Assembly (NCBI GenBank): GCA_951406725.2
Contig: OX597816.1
Span: 141,422,001 to 141,486,000, forward strand
Direction: 5' to 3'
DNA: 64,000 nucleotides
From: Octopus vulgaris
Taxonomy: Eukaryota
The position numbers were made by a program, and so were the translations under genes. The notes under the pieces are model-generated. The model ran no database searches and had not been told where the DNA came from. It was given only the letters and a program-made list of their open reading frames with translations. The stretch's first letter is position 1. Each line of letters opens with the position of its first letter. Below, in pieces: positions 13,419-27,341 of this stretch.

Positions 13419-14038
13419 TTATGTGTGTATATCTTTGTGTCTGAGTTTGTCCTCTCCCCCACCATCACTTCACAACCGAATAAGTTCTGGGGTTGATTTG
13501 TTCAACTAAAAAGCCATTTAAAGCAGTGCACCAGCATGCCCACAGTCATATGACTAAAAGAATAAAAGAATACAGCTTAGAAGTCATTCATTTACACTTA
13601 GTTTTCGTATTAACCATCAGACTGCAGAGATTCATACACTGAGAACGTCAAGTAGTAATTTATATATCCTTGGTAAAATTAATATTACTTTACAAACTGT
13701 GTGATCTTAGCATAGTAACAGTATATTTAATGCCAATTTCTTGTCTTTTGAACATAAACACATATGTAGAACATTAGGAATCATGTGGAAAGACTGTAGA
13801 ACCATTAAGAGAGTGAGAGAGATGATTATTATTGTAACACGAATTGATGTTATAGGACTTTTGTGATGGAGATAATTGATATATATCTATATCTGAGATT
13901 AAAATCTCATTTGGGATGACAGATAACAGACAAGGAAGAGGAGTCTGTGAAGAACATGGGTAAGAACAATGGGAGAGGAGTCAAGATAGCACAAGATCAG
14001 CATGCTTGGACAATATTTTTTCAAGAGTGTGAAAGGAT

Positions 14039-14085
<47 letters not shown>

Positions 14086-14088
<3 letters not shown>

Positions 14089-16372
14089 TTAGCAGTTGTA
14101 ACTGACTAAGGGATAAAATATCCATATGTACTATCAGTGTCTGTTACCTTTGTTATCCCCAGGCAATGGCATGCAGGGACACCATATATGTTAAGCACAA
14201 GTGACAATAGGATAAACAAAAGTTTATCAGGAACTAATGCAAATAATTAGAAAATGGAGAAAAACATAGATTAACCAGTACATCGATAGGAGCACATTTA
14301 AAGCTTGTCTATTGATACAAAACAAGACATAAAAAAGCTAACAGCTGTTTCTGATCAAAATTCCCAGAATGCAGTCTATACCTAAACACGAGAATAAAAT
14401 TCATCATCTTCATAGGGTATTTGAATTAAGGTAACTGATCTTCTTCCGAGTGAAAAACAGGAGCATACAACATAAACAAAAGGGAAAAGGTAGAGGTAAG
14501 AAAACATGGTTTAGACAAATAGTCTCAAAGCCCAATATGTTAAGTGCACATAATTATTTACCATCCGAGCTCAAAGAACATAGATGAGAGAATGAGCTAT
14601 TAAAGGACTAGGGAATACTACAAGTTATTAAAGAGATGGTTAGGGAGGGGTGTCAGGGTGTTAAAGGAAGAAGTTATCCAGAAGCTGTGTGTAAATAAGA
14701 TACTAATATAATACTCAAAGATGAAACCTATGTTAAATGGAGTAAAGTTTAAAAAATTTGACGTAGGTTATTAAATATAAAATTTACTTGCAGGAAATTA
14801 ATACCAAGAATCTCCCCTATGGTACATAATGGAGTAAGCCTAAGTCCAGGAGTATCTTCACTGGTCAGTAACAATTTAAAACAATTCACAAGTTAAAACC
14901 ATTACAAAAGGTTTGTTTATAGATAAACAAGAAAGGAAGGAAAAAAGGTAAGGAAGATAAGACAATGAGTAGAATTTAAGGGCCGCTTATGTCCATCAGT
15001 TTTTTAACAGTATAACATATGAGAGAGGAACATAGAGACCACCAATTAAGTGGTTAAGGGGAGGCAACAGGTCACAGTAGGCCAACAGTTCAATGAAAAC
15101 ATGGAAAAAAACATGGCTAAACAACGTATATAGCAAATTGTAGTAAAAATTTAGTAAGTACTGGTGTGTGATAAGAGTATATTAAATAGGTGCTCTACAG
15201 GGCAACAATAAAATGGTACTGATTGTTAGGTGGATAATATTTAAGGACAAGTCACATGTTAAAATGGTATCAAGCCAACAAAAGCATTACATAAACATGA
15301 AAGTAAATAATTTCTGTTATTATAAACCAAAAAAAAATATATATATAGAGAGACACTAATGGGTACAATAGATGTGTAACATTAATGCCGAGGCCACTGG
15401 CTGGTTAATCCTATGAGAAAAGTAACCTTAAGATAAGCATTTAACCAAGTGAGCCTAAAAAGCAAAAATAATAATAAACAAATAAAAATTAAAATAAAGA
15501 TAATATACCCAAAGGTAAGCTAGAAAATTACTAATTAAATCTAATCATTGAAATAAACAAAAGGGTAATAATTCCTAAAGGGTATAAGAATATTAGTGAG
15601 AATAGTGTGCAATAAAGTAAAAGAAAGACTATGAAATAAATAATAAAATAGTAACAAAATAAAATGAAAAGGAAGACATAATCAAGCATGTGGGGAGGCA
15701 GGGTTATAGTAAGACAAATGTAAATATGGCTAATAATATGGCAGAAAGCCAGAGGTCATTAATGTTCTCATATCACCAATAAATAATAAAAGGCAAAATA
15801 CAAGGGGGGAATACGTTAGTAGGGTGGGGGGAATGTTAATTGGTGAATGAGATAGGCAATAGATATAGGTAGTGGGTTACATTTAAAACTTAGGAGATGG
15901 GTCAGGGGAAGGGTTAGGTGTTAGATTAACTAGGAGAGCCTTGGTTATTCCTAACAGTATGATCTGTAAAAGTGGTAAGATGTAAAATAACCCCATTATA
16001 CTAAAAGGGACTCCTCCTATTAGTATGCTGTGGAATTATAATAACTAATAAAGGGTAGTTAAATATATCTAAAGTTCATAATTATAAGAGAAGGAAAGAG
16101 TTAAGTGTGTGTGTGTGTGGGGGGGGTAAAATATAAGGCTTAGGAAAAAGGGTAGTAGGGGTTTGTTAATAAACTGCCTACATGAGATTCAATACTTCTA
16201 AGTATGACTTAAGTATGACTAAGTATGACAAAAATAAAGGAGAAGGATGTAGACCCTGTGTTAAACTAACATGTGCTACTAATTATAAAAACTGTGGGTT
16301 ATAAGTACTATTATGGAGTAGTACGAGTGTTTCTAGTGTTATTTATATCTATTGAAAGTAGAGATAGTATAT
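14086..16372 (-). mobile_element. Penelope-like element copy A: terminal repeat (pseudo-LTR) plus long 3' UTR, 5'-truncated
   Basis: 14086-14362 matches 20622-20902 and 17722-17865; ~15900-16360 aligns with ~17905-18238, just downstream of the GIY-YIG ORF; (TA)n on both sides. Confidence 0.8.
14338..14415 (-). ncRNA. Degenerate hammerhead-like motif in the PLE pseudo-LTR
   Basis: Minus strand CT-ATGAAGA-TGAT...ATCA-GAAAC AGCT GTT-AG; palindromic stem III ACAGCTGT and 4-bp stem II are present, but C3 is non-canonical and stem I is short. Confidence 0.4.
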
Positions 16373-16391
16373 CGTTTAGCGTCCGTTTTCC

Positions 16392-17716
<1,325 letters not shown>

Positions 17717-20494
17717 AAATAGAGTTAGCAGTTGTAGTAACTGACTAAGGGATAAAATATCCGTATATACTACCAGTATCCGTTACCTGTATTATCCCCA
17801 GGCAATGGCATGCAGGAACACCATATATGTTAAGCACAGGTGACAATAGGATAAACAAAAGTTTACGGGGGGGGGTACAATTAAAAATATAGGGGAAGAG
17901 AAAGGGAAAGGGAAGGGGTTAGATAAATGACTAACTAGGGGTGTATCGGTTATTCAGTAAGATGACTTAAAATGGAATAAGGTGTAAAACCTCCATTAAA
18001 CTATATGTGTATGCTGTGGAATTATATATACTTATATGGGGAAATGTAAAAGTATCTAAAGTTAATAATTATAAGAAGTAGGAAACAGTACTTCTAAGCA
18101 AGACAAAAATAATAAAGGGGTAAGATGTATAACCTGCTAAAAAAACTAACAGGGGCTACTAATTAATAGTTACAGGTTATAAGTACTAATATGGAGTAGT
18201 ATGAGTATTTCTAGTGTTATTTATAACTATTGAAAGTGGACCTACCTTTATGTAAGCAAGCTATACTACGCTCAACTCTCAGGTTCACTAACGGTATTCA
18301 TGCAGTTAGAATTTAATAAATCTCATTCATGCAAAGGTGAGATTTTCTATTTTTTCCATTATACAAAGGTACCATTGTGAGGATCTCCCAATATAATGTG
18401 AAGCTAGTGTTACTATCTTTGAGCTCCCAGATGTACTTACTTAAACCAGTTGAATTGATTAAGTTTCTATTTCTAAAAGAATGCTGGTGTGTGGTCAATC
18501 TACTTTTTATTTCATTTTGAGTTGCACCGATATAACTTTGTTTGCTAGACTTTGTTGTGACAGTGCATTGATAGATAGTGTCCTTTATTCTACAGGTGTT
18601 ACTGAATGCACAATTATTCCTCTTCCTACAGTCACATACGTTATTCTGTAGGGGGAAATAGCTTCCTAGTGGGGTAGGATCAGGTCTATTGAGGTTAAAT
18701 TGGTTATTTTGATCCTGAAAGAATTCTGTACTAATGCTGGGGTAGTGGTTAATGTTGATATTACTACTAATACCACTGACTGTACTGTAAATGTTTCTAT
18801 TTGAGTAGAAAGTATCTAATTTCTTATTATTCAGAGAGGCTATTATACCCTTTAAATTATGTGTAAGGCTGTAACCTATCCTAATTTTACTGCTATTTAT
18901 AATACTAGAATACCTATTATTCTTACCAAAGTGTCTATTCATGATATTCAATAATTGTTTCACTAAGTTTGTCCTTATTTGCATTGCAAAAGGGATTATA
19001 CACCATATCCTGTCTCCTGATTTACTGGTAGTTTCTTCATGGGTAGAATGCATATTGGTGATACTACAATTATTGTAGTTATTTATGCAGTTACTAGATT
19101 TGGTTATATTCGTGTTAATAGCTACTGTTACCTGTGCTTTTTTACATCGCTTTGGTCTATGTGCAGTAAAGTTACAGTTATGATATTCGTTGTTCCTGCT
19201 ATTCCTTCCATGTTCATGTTGAGTATATTTAATTCTACCTCTATAACCTGCAACCTTAAGTGCCTTATTGTACCTATCCTTTATGGCTATCAAGTATGTC
19301 CTCATTAGATGAGAGATAAGAAATCCTTTTACTAATGCCTCTGATTAAAGCCCTTTTTACAGATTGTTGATGATTACTTTGATAGTTTATATATTTCAGG
19401 TTGGAGTTGTAGGCCTCCCATGAGTTCAGGAATTCTTTTTAGATGTTATCTAAGAGATAAATACCCATGAGGTCACTTACTTTGGTTGAATCTGGGGCTC
19501 CCATAGTTATATCAAAGAAGTTGGGCTATCTTTCCTGGTCCACAACCTATTATTGAATTTGATAATGGACTTATGGGCAGTTAGGATTACATTAATTTCT
19601 TTTCTACTTAACTTAGTATAATTCATAGCAAAGATAAGCTCACTATTTAAGAGTAATAATTTTGAATGGCAATTTGCAAAAAATTATGATTCTCCTTATA
19701 TTTTATGTTAGAGAACCATTATTTAATTTTCTTTTTAAGAGCAGATATATGCTTATCTAAGATTGCTTTACTAAGCCTACCAAAATCCGACTTATTGGGG
19801 CATATTAATCTGACCTGGGTGTTATGTAGGTAATTTTCTTTATGATCTTTAATAGTAATACGAGGTCTAATTGATATAAAAGGTTCAGTCCGGTCATCAA
19901 TATTATACTCCAACATAATCTTTTTGAGTTGAGTGTTTTGAGGGTACTCCCAGGGACTACTTTATATTTTTAAGGATTTCGCAGTGAATGAGTTCATGAT
20001 AAGTATCACTGTTCATGTTATATACGTTTCTTGTTTTATCGTTGTGTACTATTATACTGTCTTTGGATTTTAACTCAAGAACCAAATCCTTAAGCTTCCT
20101 TTGGTACTTATTATGCCTAAGGGGGTGGTTCTTGAACTTAATGTCCTTAATTAAAGACCAAAGTTCATTTTCAAAAGCTTCCAGGTGACTGTTTGGTGGT
20201 GGCATTTTCCTAGTTCTGAAAATTCTAGTAGTAAAATCCTTATCACCTATGTTGTTGTTGTTGGTAGCGGTGTTGGTAGTGACATTGGTATTGGTGTAGA
20301 GAGGAGTTTTTCTAAGCCTTCTGTCATGGTGGTAGGCAAGCCAACGAATTCTTTGGGGGAAGTCCGTAAATTTAGAAATGAGTTCTTTGAGGTAAGTGTT
20401 CTTAGGATGAATTGGTGTGTCCTTTAGGGATGGGTCAACCATAATTTTCTCCATTTTATTGATAGTATTTAATTTTACTACTTATTGGAAGTAT

Positions 20495-20545
<51 letters not shown>

Positions 20546-20903
20546 CATACATATACTAATGATTTTATGTACCAAGTAAACAATAAGTAATATGTGGGAC
20601 AAGATATGTCAAATATAAATAGAGTTAGCAGTTGTAGTAACTGACTAAAGGATAAAATATCTGTATGTACTATCAGTATCCATAACCTATGTTATCCCTG
20701 GGCAATGGTGTGCAGGGAAAAACATATACGTCAAGCACAGGTGACAATAGTATAAACAAAAGTTTATCAGGAACCAATGCAAATAATTAGAAAATGAAGA
20801 AAAACATAGATTAACCTGTACATCGATAGAACCACATTTAAAGCTTGTCTATTGATACAAAGCAAGACATAACAAAGCTAACAGCTGTTTCTGATCAAAA
20901 TTG
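17717..20903 (-). mobile_element. Penelope-like retroelement copy B (ORF bracketed by direct pseudo-LTR copies)
   Basis: Repeat AAATAGAGTTAGCAGTTGTAGTAACTGACTAA... at 17717 and 20617 brackets the RT/GIY-YIG coding region; (TA)n at both ends. Confidence 0.88.
18313..20454 (-). pseudogene. PLE polyprotein (reverse transcriptase + C-terminal GIY-YIG endonuclease), disrupted
   Basis: N-terminal RIRWLAY and FENELWSLI; RT segments ITIKDHKENY..RLICPNKSDFGRLSKAILD and FDITMGAPDSTKVSDLMGIYL; thumb YINYQSNH..RISYLSSNE; linker CDCRKRNNC; endonuclease IYQCTV..YIGAT..KSRLTTHQHSF..STGLSKYIWELK. Frameshifted into at least four pieces. Confidence 0.9.
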
Positions 20904-21116
20904 TATATATATATATATACACACACATATATATATAGGGCTGTGTGGTTAAGAAGTTCATCTGCAACTACAGTTTTTGGGATTACTTCCACTGCATGGC
21001 ATCTAGTGCAAGTGTTTAAAACTACAGCCTCAGGTAAACAAGTGTCTTATGACATTTGGTAAATGGGAAATGGCAGTGGTCCAGCATGGCTGAAACAAGT
21101 AAAAGAATAACCAGTT

Positions 21117-21152
<36 letters not shown>

Positions 21153-21542
21153 TTATATTATGTCGTATGTAATCAAACATAAGTTTTTGAAGCATTGAAA
21201 TGTATTAGGTTATAATAGAAAGCATTTGCCCAAGGTGCCACACTGAACCCAGAACTACATAGTGAGGAAGCAAACGTCTAAACCACACAGCTACACATGT
21301 GGTGATAGTATATGTGAGTGTGCTTGCATGTATATGTATATGTGGGATTGTGCAAGATGTGAATGTGTGGTGTGTAAATGTGCATGAACATTAATATTTT
21401 GCTTGTCATTTGAGTAAAGTTCTGATGTTGAAATTCTTTGTTGACATTATGAATGCTTTTGAAAAAGAATTAAAGGTTTGTAACAGAAAGTATGTCCAGT
21501 CATAAAATCCTGTCTCAAAATCAAATCCAGTCCAAATCATGC

Positions 21543-21618
<76 letters not shown>

Positions 21619-21639
21619 CGTGTGTGTGTATCTTAGTCA

Positions 21640-22092
21640 CCTTGTCAGTCAAAAGAACATGCTCTGCTGAACAGAAAATGCTCTGTTCATGGCTAAGAGT
21701 TGTTTTGTCTCTTATTTCTAGCAATGCTGGTGCTGACTTCCACCTTTAGTTATTGTAAGTGCTAATTGTATTTGTACCTTTTGGTTTTAAATTGCATCTA
21801 GCCACTTTGATAATTTACAATTTTCACTTTATCATATTACTGAATCAGCCACTAATTCTTATGGTATATTCTATAAACTGACAAGTCAAGTTAGCTTAAT
21901 CCTAGGCAATAGAGTAGCATCACAGATGAGGATTAATTCTATCTGAAATTGGCTGGCCAATCTGGCACCCTCGCTTGCTGTGGGGAAGTTGTCTCCCTTG
22001 TCAGTCAATAGAATATGCTCTGTTGAACATAAAATTCTCTGTTTATGGTTAAGAGTTGTTTTGACTCTTATTTCTAGCAATGCTAGTGCTGA
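21640..22092 (+). repeat. Local ~97-bp direct repeat (21640-21736 / 21996-22092)
   Basis: CCTTGTCAGTCAA.AGAA.ATGCTCTG.TGAACA.AAAAT.CTCTGTT.ATGG.TAAGAGTTGTTTTG.CTCTTATTTCTAGCAATGCT.GTGCTGA occurs twice. Confidence 0.9.
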
Positions 22093-22182
22093 TTTGTATC
22101 CCTAGTCACTTTTAGTGATGATTGTACACACACACACACACGTATATGTATATATGTATGTCTGTGTGTTTGCTTGTCAGTA

Positions 22183-22459
22183 CATCATCATCATCGTTTA
22201 GCGTCCGCTTTCCATGCTGGCATGGGTTGGACGGTTCAACTGGGGTCTGGGAAGCCAGAAGGCTGCACCAGGCCCAGTCTGATCTGGCAATGTTTCTATG
22301 GCTGGATGCCCTTCCTAACATCAACCACTCCATGAGTGTAGTGGGTGCTTTTTACGTGCCAGACGAGGCTGGCAAACAGCCAAGATCGGATGGTGCTTTT
22401 TACGTGCCACCGGCACGGAGGCCAGAAGAGGCTGGCACCGGCCATGATTGGATGGTGCT
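22183..22459 (-). mobile_element. RTE LINE 3' end, (GAT)n-tailed
   Basis: CATCATCATCGTTTAGCGTCCGCTTTCCATGC...GCTGGATGCCCTTCCTAAC...GGTGCTTTTTACGTGCC; same family as 49795-50168, where the tail is joined to RTE ORF sequence. Confidence 0.8.
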
Positions 22460-22500
22460 TATATATACTTTGAAGAGAGGTTATCAACCACCAGCCATTA

Positions 22501-22559
22501 GGGTCTGAAGAAATGCCATAAAGCTAAGCGCTTTATGGACCTGAAACCCAGGGTAACCC
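22501..22559 (+). ncRNA. Type I hammerhead ribozyme motif in a ~185-bp (TA)n-flanked element (22468-22649)
   Basis: GGGT-CTGAAGA-aatg CCATAAAGC taagc GCTTTATGG acct-GAAAC CCAGG GTA-ACCC: stem I GGGT/ACCC, canonical core, 9-bp distal stem II, stem III ACCC-A-GGGT, GUA triplet. Confidence 0.8.
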
Positions 22560-23218
22560 CATAGGCTAGCCATAACTATCTGTATCTAATTACTCTACTA
22601 CTCTATTACTTAAAGTGTGCTTGCTTTTCGGATTTATGATTTACTGACAATATATATATATCAATTAATATAGAGAGAATTGATGTATAAACATCAAAAA
22701 CATTTATATTAAATTAAGAGCTCAATTAATAACACTTTGTAAAACTCCAACACATGTTTTCTTTTTATTCTTACCACCTCCATTTTTCTCTCCATCTTGT
22801 ATTTGAACCAATAATAGTTTTTGACTACCAGAACATAATATTTCCAATGATTCAGATAAACATCACTTTTAAAATAATTTAATTGAATTTAACTTGATTA
22901 ATTATGCATCATAATTATATAATTATGGAATTAATGATGTTAATGTTAATGAAACAGCTGTTGAACATAATTAAACCATGAGGTATATGTGAAACTTGTC
23001 CTTTCTCTGCTTATAATTCTCTCTCTCTCTCTCTCTCTCCACACACACACAGACATGTATACATTGTGTGGTAAGAAGCTTGCTTCCTACCATATGGTTC
23101 TTGGGTACCTTGTGCAGATGTTTTCTACTATAGCTTTGGGCTGACCAAAACTTTATGAGGGGATTTGGTAGATGGAAACTGAAAGATGCCCATTGTATAT
23201 ATATTCTTTTATTCTTTT

Positions 23219-23432
23219 ACAGTTCTTTGCAGTTCACCTATCTTGGTTTATTATTTAAGCTTATGTCGATTCCTCTGAGCTGTTGTTTTGCATTTATAAT
23301 AAAATAGATATGTACAAATTACAAAAATAATAAAAAAAAAATATACAGTACAGTACTGTTTGTACTTCGTGGATTTTCACCAATTGCAGGGAGTTTTGGA
23401 ATGTAACACCCATGACAGTTGAGGGATTATTG
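23219..23432. mobile_element. Tigger/pogo-type MITE remnant
   Basis: Ends in TTTTGGAATGTAACACCCATGACAGTTGAGGGATTATTG, resembling Tigger-like termini; left end unclear. Confidence 0.45.
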
Positions 23433-23442
23433 CATACATACA

Positions 23443-23486
<44 letters not shown>

Positions 23487-24042
23487 CATCTAAAGTGTGG
23501 TTATAAATCATATTTGAATGCAACTCATTTACTGCAACATGGTAAAATGGGAATTAAGGATTGAAAAAGGAGGATTACAAATATTGTTTTTCTGTTTCTC
23601 TTTTTTCAGTTTACCATTCAAAGAAATTTGAATGATTGTGATCTGATTGTCTGACTTGACAAACATCAGGCACTTTGATATATTATATATATGAAATCAA
23701 AACATATGAAACTTGTTTTCTGTCAAGATTCAACATTTAGCTTCTTTTTACATTTGACAAAACTGATGTCATGTTTGGGAATGCTTCAACCATGTAGCTT
23801 TTGGGTGGAATTAAAGAAAGACAAACTGTGGAATTGCAATTTACAGAGAAGATGAGCACATCTGAGAGTCTCACTCTGTTTATAAATTGGAATGATGGAA
23901 AAAATCTGCTATGTGTCAGAACTCTAAGGATATAAAGTAGATTTTCCCTTAATCTGATTGTCAGAATAACCAACAACTACTAGGTTATGACATCCATCAC
24001 TATCTTCTTTGCTGATAGCAACCAATTTGTATAAGCAGCTGA

Positions 24043-24348
24043 CTAGCACTGGTACTCTGTTGGTTATGACGATGATGGTTCCAGTTGATCCAATCAATGG
24101 AACAGCCTGTTTGTGAAATTAGCATGTGGATGAGCACTCCTTGGACATGTGTACCCTTGATGTAGTTCTCAGGGAGAGTCAGCATGACACAGAATGTGAC
24201 AAGGTTGGCCCTTTGAAATACAGGTATTATTCATTTTTGACAGGTGAGTGCACAGGAGCAACATGAAATAAAGAATATTGCTCAAGGACACAATGTGTCA
24301 CTGGGAATTGAACTCATGACCATACGATCATGAGCTGAATACTCTAAC
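24043..24348 (-). mobile_element. SINE with family-C-like head and a different 3' half
   Basis: GAGCAACATGAAATAAAG..TTGCTCAAGGACACAA..GGGAATTGAACTCA matches the family C head (compare 39450-39560); the distal part matches 60060-60155. Confidence 0.7.
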
Positions 24349-24384
24349 TGAAGAATATGAGTAATGCACATACCAGTTTGTAGA

Positions 24385-25070
24385 CTGTACTGACCAATAT
24401 TACGTTGCACCAACCAACCAACCAATATAGCAATCCACCAACCAATAGTACACTGCACCTACCAACTACCTAATCAAACAATACTAAAATATGCATCAAT
24501 CAATGCAACAATGCACTAACAAATGCAACATTGTACCAACCAATATGATAATGTTCCAACAGATACTATATTGTACCAACCAACCAACCAACCAACCAAC
24601 CAACCAACCAAACAATACTACAATACACTATCCAATTCTACAATACACTAGCCAATAACAATTCTATACGTCAACTAATACTACAAAGTAGCAATCAGTA
24701 TTGGAATGCACCAAATGATACTACAACCACATCAACCAATAATACATTGCACCAATCAACCAACCAACATTGCACTGACTCTACTACACTGTACCAGTTT
24801 GTGCACAGTAGCAATCAATACTGCACTGCACAAACCAATTCCACAATACACCAAGCAATACAAAACCTTAACCAATACTACAATGCAGCAACCAATAGTA
24901 CAACGTACCAAGCAATTCTATAATATACCAACCAATTCTACAGTATATTAATTAATATTACAATACACCAATACAGTGCACCAACTAGTACCACAAAGTA
25001 TCAAGTCATACTATAAAGGAGCACTGAATAGTGTAACACATCAACTAATGCAGCAAACTACCAACTGAAT
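24385..25070. repeat. Degenerate ~20-bp minisatellite (ACCAATACTACAATGC-like) with an (ACCA)n core
   Basis: Recurring ACCAAT..TAC unit. Confidence 0.75.
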
Positions 25071-25119
25071 CAATGACAGAGAGTGTTTATATAGTTGCTG
25101 CACCTGCAAGAAATAGGAC

Positions 25120-25346
25120 TTAACCATTGGCATTTAATCTGGCCACATTCAGCTCAAATAGTCAACTGGTTTGATATTAAAACTGACCAGATCCAATCTG
25201 TCAAACCTACAGTTCGATGTTATACTAAAAATATACAAACACACTTTTGAGATCTTGAAACTACAAAATAATGCATGATTAATTCAAAACATTGTGAATA
25301 AATAAGCAATACAGTTGACAAAGAAATCTGAATGCTAAAGAGTGAA
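25120..25346 (+). mobile_element. piggyBac-type MITE, decayed copy
   Basis: Homologous to 48573-48801; TTAACC... to ...ATCTGAATGCTAAAGAGTGAA. Confidence 0.7.
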
Positions 25347-25499
25347 ATACCCTTGTATCACGCTCTACCATCTTAGAAAAGAAAAACACATCAGAAAATG
25401 TGGTAATGGATGCATTATGCCTAGGGAATGGCTAGAATGCCTTTAATCATAGATCTACTTGATCAAGGCTGACCTGAGACTACAGCATAGCAACACATT

Positions 25500-25820
25500 A
25501 GCAGCTCCAACACTTTCGTAAGATTAACAATATCTGAAGATGAGGGTCTTCAACAAAATTTGAAAATTAGTGTCTCCAACATTATTTAAAGATGTTTCCA
25601 GCATTATCTTAAAATTAATGAATCCAACAAAATCTGAAGATTAGAGACTCCAGATTTATGTTAAGTTAAGTAGAATTACTAATATAAGATTTAGTGGTTA
25701 TGATTAGTGTCTCCAATACTACCTGAAGATTAGTAACTCTAGCGTCAGTAACTTCAATACTATGTTAAGATAACAGACCTCAATACCTTAAGATCAATAT
25801 CTGAAACATTGTCTTGACAT
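25500..25820. repeat. Degenerate ~25-bp minisatellite (AAGATTAGTGTCTCCAACA-like)
   Basis: Recurring GAAGATTAG..CTCCAA unit; related units continue at ~26420-26660. Confidence 0.65.
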
Positions 25821-25979
25821 AAATGAGGTGTAGATGTGATAAGAAATTTGTTTCCTGACCACATGATTCTGAGTTCAGTCCCACTGTATTCACTGAGGGC
25901 AAGTGTCTTCTACAATAGTCTCAGGCTAACTAAAGAGTTGTAAGTGGATTTGGTATATGGAAACTGAAAAAAAGGGTGT

Positions 25980-26013
<34 letters not shown>

Positions 26014-26021
26014 CATATATG

Positions 26022-26077
<56 letters not shown>

Positions 26078-26093
26078 CACACACACATGCACG

Positions 26094-26146
<53 letters not shown>

Positions 26147-26892
26147 TTCCAGACCCTTCTTCTCCATGCCCAGAAGATGACCAGCATGGAGAAAAAGGGT
26201 CTGAAAGCATAAGGATCCTGCAAATGGATAGAGATTTAGAGATGAATTACTGGTACAGCCTTCTGGCTTGCCAGCCCTCAGTCAAACCGTCCAACCCATG
26301 CCAGCATGGAAAGTGGACGTGAAATGATGACGATGACGATGATTATATATATATGTTGGAAGAAATGCTGCTTGGCATTTTGATGATTCTGCCAGTTCAC
26401 TGCCTTCTCCATAGCTTATATCAAGATTAGTATCTACAAGACTACTCCAAATTAGTGGATTAGTGGCTATAGAGACAATAATTCTAGTACTACACCAAGT
26501 TTACATCTCCCACCTTTACTCACTAATATCAAATTTGGAGCTTCAGTGGATTGAACATTAATCCGAATTACTGACTCCCAGTGCTTTCCCTGAATACTTG
26601 TTCCAACTCTAACCCAGATTAGTCCTAATATTATCTTAGAGTTGGAGACATCAATGTGGCTCCAAAGCTATTCTAAATTACCCTGTCTAGGTGAATGAAG
26701 CCCCTCGCTGTCTTAATAAAATTAAAATGAAATAAAATTCTACACACTTGTACTTCTCTTTGCGCAATTTGTCTCATTAATTTTAATTAACTACTTGGAA
26801 GGTTTCCATTCTAAAATGGAATAGACCTTAATTATTCCTCTGCTGTCTGCATTGCAACTTGATCATTAGAATGTATATGCGCACATGCATGT

Positions 26893-26949
<57 letters not shown>

Positions 26950-26960
26950 CTTGTGTGCGT

Positions 26961-27299
26961 TTCATTTTCTAACTTCTGTCCTCAATATAAATATGTCTCA
27001 TACAATCTCTATTACTTCTATCTTTCTTAGTGTTGCTATTGTACAACACATGTTACAATAATGGAAAATACAGACAAGTAAACTTCTAATTTCTCTTTCC
27101 TCTTTGAAGCATTTTTCATTCTCTTATTCTTTCTTTAATTTGTTTTTTTTTTACTATTGTTCCTGTTATGAACTTGTCTAATTAATCAATTTAGGCACCA
27201 TTTTCTCTTCTTTCATATCTGACACAGCTATGTGGTATGTTTGCGAATGAGTTTTTGTGAGTACAATGTACACATGTGAAAAAATAATGTGCATTTATA

Positions 27300-27341
<42 letters not shown>

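Larger units (their letters stand above)
12690..13571 (+). mobile_element. SINE family A split at its internal (TA)n by a fold-back insertion
   Basis: Head at 12690-12815 (ATGGCTGTGTAATAAGAAGCTTGC...GTGAGTGG); 3' half resumes at ~13420-13571 (...CCAGCATGCCCACAGTCATATGACT). Confidence 0.8.
11020..13660 (-). mobile_element. Old RTE-clade LINE fragment (RT to C-terminus) interrupted by three SINEs and a fold-back element
   Basis: Minus-strand translations in colinear order: V*WLIRKLSVNE*LL (~13600); KVRVSHDFNTEF...SSVLSP...FKTSCPWKLMYANNLV (12520-12690, YADD-equivalent); CSVCRKGVG..WVCKRCS..FICNRC (12275-12430); SLEIVDN*PYL (~11840); VKRCQVMQLEGSCRGRRKKKTCKEV (11090-11220). Confidence 0.8.

Noticed and set aside
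18313-20454. Selenocysteine (TGA) recoding as in Naiad PLEs
   Set aside because: Domain order here is RT then endonuclease, and the ORF breaks are frameshifts, deletions and TAA/TAG stops rather than in-frame TGA at Cys positions.
23590-23990. Strong plus-strand acceptor (TTTCTCTTTTTTCAG at 23609) with unique downstream sequence
   Set aside because: Stops in the frames examined and no recognisable protein; a non-coding exon cannot be supported from sequence alone.
25910-26322. Overlapping His-Thr / Cys-Val repeat ORFs, and similar ones throughout the window
   Set aside because: Translations of (CA)n/(TG)n microsatellites and SINE bodies.
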